A stretch of 39,281 bases of DNA from a virus (taxonomy: Duplodnaviria; Caudoviricetes), in the IMG/VR virus record IMGVR_UViG_3300034091_000183, positions 1 through 39,281 of that record; one strand, 5' to 3'. Position 1 is the stretch's first letter. Every line of letters starts with the position of its first letter. Of this stretch, positions 29,328-35,509 are shown in pieces. Below the pieces are notes generated by a model. The model saw only the letters and a list, made by a program, of their open reading frames with translations, made no database searches and had not been told where the DNA came from. Position numbers and translations under genes: made by a program.

Positions 29328-30079
29328 CGCCAGAAGAGATCAGAGATCGCGATTGTGTGTGGGCCGAAGTGGCCGCGAGATTTCCGCAGTTCACCCACGC
29401 GCATGATCCGGCCGACAACTATCACGCGGTGCGGGAGATCGTGCTGAGTGGTTCGGTGACCTGGGCTGCGGCTAACGGCTATTTCAAACCGTGGCCGGGA
29501 AAGTGGGTCCTGGACATCGGCGCGAACGCTGGGATCTATTCGGCATTCTGCGCGATTCACGGTGCCAGGGTGGTGGCGTACGAACCGTTCCAGCAGGTCT
29601 ATTCTCTGCTGGTGAAAATGGTCGACGAGATCCCGAACGGAGATCTGATCACGCCGATCAACGCCGCGGTGTGGACCTTCACTGGAAACATTCCGTACAT
29701 CGGCCACAAGGTGATCAACACCGACGTTACCTGCTACAACGGCGGCGTGCCGACAAACGGAGTGCGCTGGACCGACGATGATTTTAACAACGCCGTGGAA
29801 GTGCGCTGCGTTTCTCTCGACGATGCCATCGGCGACCGGACCTGGGACTGCGTGAAGATCGACATCGAAGGCGCGGAGTACGAAATGCTCCTCGCCGCTT
29901 CACCGGAAAAATTGAAGCAGATCAAATTCTGCTATCTCGAGTTCCACCATTGGACCGGATCTGATCCGAGTCTGTACGCCAGGACCATCGAAAAACTCGA
30001 AAGCATTTTCAAGTGCAGCTATTACCTGGCCCGTGGATCGGAAGGTCCGTACGAAGCCGCGTACCTGTGGAGAAAGTGA
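29324..30079 (+). CDS. FkbM-family SAM-dependent methyltransferase
   Basis: ATGA overlap; VLDIGANAG, VVAYEP, KIDIEGAE. Confidence 0.9.
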   Translation: MTPEEIRDRDCVWAEVAARFPQFTHAHDPADNYHAVREIVLSGSVTWAAANGYFKPWPGKWVLDIGANAGIYSAFCAIHGARVVAYEPFQQVYSLLVKMVDEIPNGDLITPINAAVWTFTGNIPYIGHKVINTDVTCYNGGVPTNGVRWTDDDFNNAVEVRCVSLDDAIGDRTWDCVKIDIEGAEYEMLLAASPEKLKQIKFCYLEFHHWTGSDPSLYARTIEKLESIFKCSYYLARGSEGPYEAAYLWRK

Positions 30080-31050
30080 TGAGCGAGCACTTGCTGAAAG
30101 AGATCTGTGTGGTCACGACCTACAAGCGGCCGGAGCATCTGCGCTGCTGTCTGAAGCGCATTCGCCTGGCAGATCCGCTGATGCCTATCTTGGTGTTTCC
30201 TGATCGCGGCACCTGGAAAGATCCCGAGCTGCTCCTGGCGGTCAATGGAATGGGTCTCTGCGAAGTGAACTTCGTGCCGGATCACGACTACATCGGCAAC
30301 ACGTACAACGCCATGGAAGCGTTTCGCACGGTGTACAACGAAGGCTGGCCGGTGATCTATTACGTCGAAGACGACGTGATGGTTCACCAGGATTTCTTTA
30401 GCTGGCACCGGCAGATCAACGAGGATTGTCCAGAGCTGTTCGCATCGATGGCCTGGGTCTTCAACCGCTACGCGCCGCTCGTCGACGACGTGATGTTCCA
30501 GCCCTGGTATTACGCCGTGGGGACCTGCTTCAAACGCGAGAAGCTCGAGCTCGTCGTCCAGCACGCTTCGCCGCGGTACTACGCGAACATGCAGAAGTAC
30601 ATCGAGGAAAATTTCAAGGGCAGCAAGTTGAACCAGCCTGCGGCCATCGCGCACTACGAGCAGGACGGACTGATCCAGCGCGTTCTCGATCTGGACCGCA
30701 CGCAGACCGCTTCGCCGGGAATCACCAAGTGTTCGCACTTGGGCTTCTACGGATACAACCGCGGGTGGCAATCGAGTCCAGACATCTTCGAGGGCATCGA
30801 AAATTTTGAGGAGCGCGTGGAACGTCTCGAAGAGTTCATCGCCGATCCGGTCTGGCGCGCCAGCATCTTCACGCGCGAAGTTGTCGAGCGGGAGATCGGC
30901 CACAAGATCCCGAAGCGCATCTTCAACTACCGCGTGCAGGTCGGCAAGTTCGAGAGCACCTTCACGAGCGAACTCGACAGGAAGCGACTTCCCAAGCGCA
31001 TCAACTCAGTGACTTTGCCGCCCGAGGCGATCATCGAAAAAATCAGTTGA
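30079..31050 (+). CDS. GT-A (GT2-like) glycosyltransferase
   Basis: VVTTYKRPEHLRCCL...LVFPD...YYVEDD...CSHLG. Confidence 0.75.
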   Translation: MSEHLLKEICVVTTYKRPEHLRCCLKRIRLADPLMPILVFPDRGTWKDPELLLAVNGMGLCEVNFVPDHDYIGNTYNAMEAFRTVYNEGWPVIYYVEDDVMVHQDFFSWHRQINEDCPELFASMAWVFNRYAPLVDDVMFQPWYYAVGTCFKREKLELVVQHASPRYYANMQKYIEENFKGSKLNQPAAIAHYEQDGLIQRVLDLDRTQTASPGITKCSHLGFYGYNRGWQSSPDIFEGIENFEERVERLEEFIADPVWRASIFTREVVEREIGHKIPKRIFNYRVQVGKFESTFTSELDRKRLPKRINSVTLPPEAIIEKIS

Positions 31051-31076
31051 CGAAGAGGTAGATAAACCCCTATTTT
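31047..31076 (+). promoter_or_regulatory. Candidate sigma70 promoter of the ncRNA array
   Basis: TTGACG (31047-31052), 18-bp spacer, TATTTT (31071-31076); predicted start falls near the first RNA stem at 31081. Confidence 0.5.
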
Positions 31077-31080
31077 TCGA

Positions 31081-31212
31081 TTGATCTCGATACTGCTTCG
31101 GCTTTACATGTAGCTCATTGGTAGAGCATCTGATTCGTAATCAGAATGTGGTGGGTTCGACTCCCATCATGTGTCACCCCGCAAGGGGAGCCGATACGAC
31201 GCTCGAGATCAA
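31081..31212 (+). ncRNA. Y-RNA-like RNA 1 (carries a whole tRNA)
   Basis: TTGATCTCGA/TCGAGATCAA closing stem; TACTG/CGACGC loop; TCGGCT/AGCCGA stem; CCCC-GCAA-GGGG hairpin. Confidence 0.75.
31104..31175 (+). tRNA. tRNA-Thr(CGT)-like cloverleaf embedded in RNA 1
   Basis: D arm GCTC-ATTGGTA-GAGC; anticodon arm TCTGA-TTCGTAA-TCAGA; T arm GTGGG-TTCGACT-CCCAT; acceptor TACATG/CATGTG with weak end and no encoded CCA. Confidence 0.8.
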
Positions 31213-31216
31213 AAGT

Positions 31217-31393
31217 TTGGCTGCTACTGAAAGTGATTTCAAGACCCGGATCCATTGGGGGGCTCGCGAGTAATCGTTGGCCACCTTCCCGCGCAGCGGG
31301 GGACTCCGGGGGCCGCTGCCGACGAATGATCCTCGCCGCTCACATCGTAAGGTGTGAGGCACCCAAAACAAATCACCTTCGACGCGCGGCCAA
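31217..31393 (+). ncRNA. Y-RNA-like RNA 2 (multi-hairpin cargo)
   Basis: TTGGCTGC/GCGGCCAA; TACTG/CGACGC; GTGATTT/AAATCAC; internal hairpins GCAGCGG/CCGCTGC and CTCACATC-GTAA-GGTGTGAG. Confidence 0.75.
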
Positions 31394-31399
31394 TTGAAG

Positions 31400-31553
31400 C
31401 TGGCCCTTACCGCAAGTGGATACATGCGAATGGCCGAAAGGCCTTTCATCTAGGTTCGAGTCCTAGGTCCCCCCCCCAACTACGGGGGACTAGCCTAACT
31501 GGAAAAGGCACATGATTTCCGAAAGGGAATCTCCACACGCAACGCAGGGCCAG
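31400..31553 (+). ncRNA. Y-RNA-like RNA 3, YrlA-type circularly permuted tRNA mimic
   Basis: CTGGCCCT/AGGGCCAG; TACCG/CAACGC; GTGGA/TCCAC. T arm CTAGG-TTCGAGT-CCTAG precedes a loop-closed acceptor stem GTCCCCC/GGGGGAC and then a D arm GCCT-AACTGGAAA-AGGC. Confidence 0.8.
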
Positions 31554-31561
31554 GTGAAAAA

Positions 31562-31636
31562 GGCCTTTACTGAACTCGAGTACATGACACTTTGAATGCC
31601 ATGGAGGGAAACCTCCCTCGAGATCGACGCAAGGCC
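31562..31636 (+). ncRNA. Y-RNA-like RNA 4 (minimal; anticodon-like stem-loop)
   Basis: GGCCTT/AAGGCC; TACTG/CGACGC; CTCGAG/CTCGAG; CATGACA-CTTTGAA-TGCCATG; GAGG-GAAA-CCTC. Confidence 0.7.
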
Positions 31637-31697
31637 CCTAGACATTTTTTCCTTAACTGATGGAAAAAATGTGCGGCGCACGTTAAAACGTCCAAGG

Positions 31698-31735
31698 GGC
31701 CGGGAGAGAAGATCCTCCCGGCCCTCTTTTTTTTT
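31698..31735 (+). terminator. Rho-independent terminator closing the ncRNA array
   Basis: GGCCGGGAG-agaagatc-CTCCCGGCC stem followed by a 9-T tract. Confidence 0.85.
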
Positions 31736-31745
31736 GGAGGATCGC

Positions 31746-32375
31746 ATGGCTGCTGGAGACCGTTTCTACCTGTTGGAGTTCAAGCACCGCCACGCATTCT
31801 GGGGCGATGTCGGATCGAACCTGCGGATCAACGGGATCTGCGTCGGCGGCGCGGACGTCAGCGCGCTGCTGCTGCTGCCAACGCTGCGCGACGATTATCT
31901 GAAGCACAACATCGTGGTGCTCGAGCCCACGGTTCAGGAGTGGTCGGACTTCATCCGCTACAGCGACGATCCGCAGATCTACGTCCAGGAGGGCGAAGGC
32001 AAGGTCTTCCACCGGAAGATGCGCTACGCAATCTCTGGCGAGATCCAACAGAAGATCTGGGCGGCCGACAATTTCGCCTGCGTCTACTGCGGCGCAAAGA
32101 TGGGACAAACACTGATGACCGTCGATCATCTTGTCCCGCTCGAGCAAGGCGGAAAGAACGATCACACGAATTTCCTGACGGCGTGCAGGCGCTGCAACAA
32201 ACGGAAAGGCAGCGGAGATCCGCTAATCTTCCTCGAACAGGTCCACCGCTGGCTCGGGAGCCCGGCGGAAAAGTTCGAGACCCTCAAGAAGTACATCGTC
32301 GACAGGAACAAAGTGTGCTTCCCTGAAGAAGCATTGGAGAAAGGAAAGGTGAGTCATGGCGGAAACGGGGCTTAG
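31746..32375 (+). CDS. HNH endonuclease (McrA/HNH_5-like) with N-terminal extension
   Basis: ATG 31746 with GGAGG SD; CVYCG...TVDHLVPLEQGG.N...NFLTACRRCNKRKG. Confidence 0.85.
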   Translation: MAAGDRFYLLEFKHRHAFWGDVGSNLRINGICVGGADVSALLLLPTLRDDYLKHNIVVLEPTVQEWSDFIRYSDDPQIYVQEGEGKVFHRKMRYAISGEIQQKIWAADNFACVYCGAKMGQTLMTVDHLVPLEQGGKNDHTNFLTACRRCNKRKGSGDPLIFLEQVHRWLGSPAEKFETLKKYIVDRNKVCFPEEALEKGKVSHGGNGA

Positions 32376-33879
32376 TAGGAACCAGATCTTTGTGGAGCTC
32401 GCGAAGAGCGAACATGGAGATCTCAAACAGTACGTGCCGGTGGGTTACGCGGCCGCGCGCGAACATCCAGATTTCCTGGCGCACTTGCTGGTGTGGAACA
32501 AGGACAAGGGCCAGGTGCGTGACACGAAAGCCGCGTTGCCGGTGATCGCGCTCATGAACCAGAACCTCGACGAAGAGTTTGTCGAGAACGCGCTCGCGTG
32601 CCTCACGCTTCTGAATCCGCGCGACATGCTGAAGGCTTACCGGTTCGTGCTCGAGACCCGGCCGATGAACCGCATGACCATGATCAAGCGGACACTCGTC
32701 GCCAGGTTCCACCTCCAGGAGAAGAACTGGCCGAAGTGGGAACGCACCATGCTGCAGCATCGCGAGACGCTCCGCGAACTCTTCGCGCTGCTCAGTTATC
32801 CGCCGGTGGACAAGCGTACTGACGCGTGCCTGTTCCGCCGGAAGGGCCAGGAGAAGCTCGCGTATCCGCCTGGTGGGCTCTTCGAGCTCGTCGCCGGGCT
32901 CAAGAACATGTCGCCGAAGGAAGCGGCGGGAATGATCCTCACCTACAAGCTGCCGTTCTTGCCGGTGACCGGCGCGCTCGGCGACAAGGCGAAGGATCCC
33001 GACGTGGTCCTGGCGATGATCAAGAGCATGACCGCGACGGAGCTCGTCACCAGCATGAAGAAGCTCGAGCGCCTGGGCGTGAAAACGAATCCGGCGCTTC
33101 GCGGCGCGCTCGAGGAAGCGCTCGGCAAATCCGCCAGCAGCACCGCGAACGTGCTGAAGGCCACTACCGCGGCCGAGAACATCGGCGACGAAGATCTCGC
33201 CGCGGATCTCAACAAGCTGCAGGCCAAGCAGACGAAGAAGTTCTCGAACGTCGACGGCAACTGGGCGGTGCTCGGTGATCGCTCGCCGAGTATGTCCAGG
33301 GCTGTCCAGATCGCCAAGGAAGTCGCCGCGGTTCTGACTTCAATGGTGAAGGGCAAGGTGCATCTGGTCTTCTTCGATTCGCTCCCGCAGGTGATCGACG
33401 TGACCGGCTGCGATCTGAGCATGATCAAGAAAGCAACCAGGCACATCGAGGCCGGTGGAAGCGGGACCTCCATCGGATGCGGCTTGAAATCGCTCCAGGA
33501 GCGCAAGTACGTGGTCGACGGGATCGCCATTGTTTCTGACGGCGGCCACAACACCGCGCCGTCGTTTCCTGACGTCTACAAGAGCTACTCGAAGCTGGTC
33601 GACAAGGAAGTGCCGGTGTACTTGTTCCTCACCGAGGGCGACGATCCGAGGAAGTTGACCGATCCGATGGAAGCGGCAGGCATCGACATGCACATTTTTG
33701 ATTTACGGAGAGTGAAACTCGACGCCTATTCAATTCCCAATCTTGTTCAGACCATGAGAACGAACAGGTACTCGCTTGTCGATGAGATAATGGAGACCAA
33801 ACTCCTCAAGCTATCGGATGAGTACAAAGGAAAGCGATGCGAACGCACGGCGAGAGCAAGTGGACGGGCGACACAGTAG
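32356..33879 (+). CDS. TROVE + vWA domain protein (Ro60/Rsr-like RNA-binding protein)
   Basis: About 290-aa helical N-terminal region followed by vWA MIDAS motifs (VLGDRSPSM, GGSGTS, IAIVSDG); size and layout of Ro60 orthologues; adjacent to a YrlA-like RNA. Confidence 0.75.
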   Translation: MAETGLSRNQIFVELAKSEHGDLKQYVPVGYAAAREHPDFLAHLLVWNKDKGQVRDTKAALPVIALMNQNLDEEFVENALACLTLLNPRDMLKAYRFVLETRPMNRMTMIKRTLVARFHLQEKNWPKWERTMLQHRETLRELFALLSYPPVDKRTDACLFRRKGQEKLAYPPGGLFELVAGLKNMSPKEAAGMILTYKLPFLPVTGALGDKAKDPDVVLAMIKSMTATELVTSMKKLERLGVKTNPALRGALEEALGKSASSTANVLKATTAAENIGDEDLAADLNKLQAKQTKKFSNVDGNWAVLGDRSPSMSRAVQIAKEVAAVLTSMVKGKVHLVFFDSLPQVIDVTGCDLSMIKKATRHIEAGGSGTSIGCGLKSLQERKYVVDGIAIVSDGGHNTAPSFPDVYKSYSKLVDKEVPVYLFLTEGDDPRKLTDPMEAAGIDMHIFDLRRVKLDAYSIPNLVQTMRTNRYSLVDEIMETKLLKLSDEYKGKRCERTARASGRATQ

Positions 33880-34304
33880 AGTATCGAATCTGGGCAGGGA
33901 TGAAGACTCGGTGCTTGAATCCGAAGCATCCATGGTTCCATCGATACGGTGGCCGGGGGATAAAAATATGCCAGCGATGGCTGGATTCCTACGAGAATTT
34001 TCTGGCAGACATGGGGCGCAGACCAAGCCCACGACATACCCTAGAGAGAAAAGATAACGACGGTCCTTACTCTCCTGAGAACGTGATCTGGGCCACGCGC
34101 AAGACAAACAGTCGAAATAGATCGAACACTCACTGGCTCACGTTTCAAGGCGTCACTCTTTCGGTGACGACTTGGGCTGAGAGAACCGGAATTTCGAGAG
34201 TGGTCCTGTTTCGCAGGCTTTACAAAGATTGGTCGGTTGAGCGAACGCTCACCCAACCAGTGAGGGAAATCTCGAAAAGAAAGGAGAAGCGAGCCAATGC
34301 TTGA
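33837..34304 (+). CDS. Phage HNH-like homing endonuclease (YGGRGI family)
   Basis: EYRIWAGMKTRC.NP....YGGRGIKIC.RW...FLADMG.RP...TLERKDNDGPYSPEN..WAT...NR. Confidence 0.8.
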   Translation: MRTHGESKWTGDTVEYRIWAGMKTRCLNPKHPWFHRYGGRGIKICQRWLDSYENFLADMGRRPSPRHTLERKDNDGPYSPENVIWATRKTNSRNRSNTHWLTFQGVTLSVTTWAERTGISRVVLFRRLYKDWSVERTLTQPVREISKRKEKRANA

Positions 34305-34599
34305 CCTGAAGAATTTCGATGCCAAGCGTGCGACTCTCGAGGAGCTGGTGACAGCATCCGCGGATGCGCGCATGTATTTGGGCGAGTTCCTAGAGTTGGG
34401 CGTCGACACACCCGAGTGGCTGGAGATTCTGTCTAAGTCCATCCGTAGGGAAGTGAGGGCGAAAAACGCTGACCGCATTGCGAGCAAGATCCGCGATGCC
34501 GAGGCACGCCTAGAGGCGCTCAAGACACCCAGTGAAAAGCGAACAGCTCTCGAGGCAGAACTCAAAACCCTCAAGCGCAAGGCCATCGACGCGGAGTGA
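34297..34599 (+). CDS. Hypothetical coiled-coil protein
   Basis: AAGGAG SD; 100 aa helical, charged. Confidence 0.7.
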   Translation: MLDLKNFDAKRATLEELVTASADARMYLGEFLELGVDTPEWLEILSKSIRREVRAKNADRIASKIRDAEARLEALKTPSEKRTALEAELKTLKRKAIDAE

Positions 34600-34774
34600 A
34601 GTCTGCGTCTGCGGGTGCGGCGAACGTGTCATACAAAATGACCGCGGCACCCGCGTTTATTTTTCGGAGGCATGCAAGAACCGCGCGGCGCAGCGTCGGC
34701 TGCGCGCCAGGGCCAAACACTTCCGTTGCGAAAAGCTGACGGCTGAACTACACTCGTACCCGAATCGCCAGTAA
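34532..34774 (+). CDS. Possible small Zn-finger (CGNR-like) protein or remnant; start uncertain
   Basis: CVCGCG...RVYFSEACKNRAAQRRLRAR; no good start near the motif. Confidence 0.35.
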   Translation: MKSEQLSRQNSKPSSARPSTRSEVCVCGCGERVIQNDRGTRVYFSEACKNRAAQRRLRARAKHFRCEKLTAELHSYPNRQ

Positions 34775-34814
34775 ATCGGGACTGGCTCCCAATTTTGTTT
34801 GGAGGCGCATCCCG

Positions 34815-35501
34815 ATGCCAGCTTACGACGGATCTCCCAACGCAATTACTCAGATGTTGATCCCGGGCCGCCCGGCCTACGCACTTGGATCGCTGCCGAA
34901 CCAGCCACCCTGCAAGATGCTGATCACTTCGGACTCGGTGTCCTCGAACGTGGTCACGCTGACAGTTGCGATCATGGAAGGATTTATCCCCGCCGTCGGC
35001 GACAAGATCTACACGTACGCGACGTCGAACAGCGCTGGCGGATTGAATCAGACCACCGGCATCGCCATCGCTTCGGTCTCGATCACTGCGGCCACGGGAA
35101 TCGGCACGATCACCTTCCCGCTCACAACTGGAAATCAGGGAACCACTGCGGACACCGGCTATGCGATCAGCGTGCCTGCGGAAGTTGTCGAAACTCCGTC
35201 TCCATCGGGCGCGTACAAGAGCGCAGCGTTCGCGATTCAGAACACCATTGGCCGAGGCTATGGGATCTCCTGGTCGTACACTTGCCCATCTGCTCCGAAC
35301 TCCATCTCGATCCAGCTCGAAGGCGCGATCTCGAACCAGGACTCTGAATACACGCTCATCGGTTCGGCCGCGACCACCACGAGCGGCTACAACGAAACAT
35401 TCGCGCAGCTTCCGAACCTGGTGAACTTCGTGCGCTTGCACTTGACCACGTTCAGCGGCGGAAGCTCGCCGTCGATCATTGGAAAGATTCTGCTGAGTTA
35501 G
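34815..35501 (+). CDS. Hypothetical beta-rich virion-type protein
   Basis: GGAGG SD; Ser/Thr-rich 228 aa ending NFVRLHLTTFSGG. Confidence 0.65.
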   Translation: MPAYDGSPNAITQMLIPGRPAYALGSLPNQPPCKMLITSDSVSSNVVTLTVAIMEGFIPAVGDKIYTYATSNSAGGLNQTTGIAIASVSITAATGIGTITFPLTTGNQGTTADTGYAISVPAEVVETPSPSGAYKSAAFAIQNTIGRGYGISWSYTCPSAPNSISIQLEGAISNQDSEYTLIGSAATTTSGYNETFAQLPNLVNFVRLHLTTFSGGSSPSIIGKILLS

Positions 35502-35509
35502 CCGATGAC

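Noticed and set aside
28221-30078. Longer upstream starts for the epimerase (28221), FkbM (29114) and last GT (30013)
   Set aside because: They overlap upstream genes extensively; coupled starts at 28539, 29324 and 30079 fit motifs and stop-start overlaps.
31081-31636. CRISPR- or retron-like interpretation of the array
   Set aside because: Shared sequence is limited to 5-6 nt loop motifs rather than direct repeats, and there is no Cas or reverse transcriptase in the window.
31596-31745. N-terminal extension of the HNH ORF in the track
   Set aside because: It runs through RNA 4 and the terminator; ATG 31746 has a clear GGAGG SD.
31146-31747. Short ORFs across the ncRNA array
   Set aside because: No SD or recognisable protein features; the region is fully explained by RNA structure.
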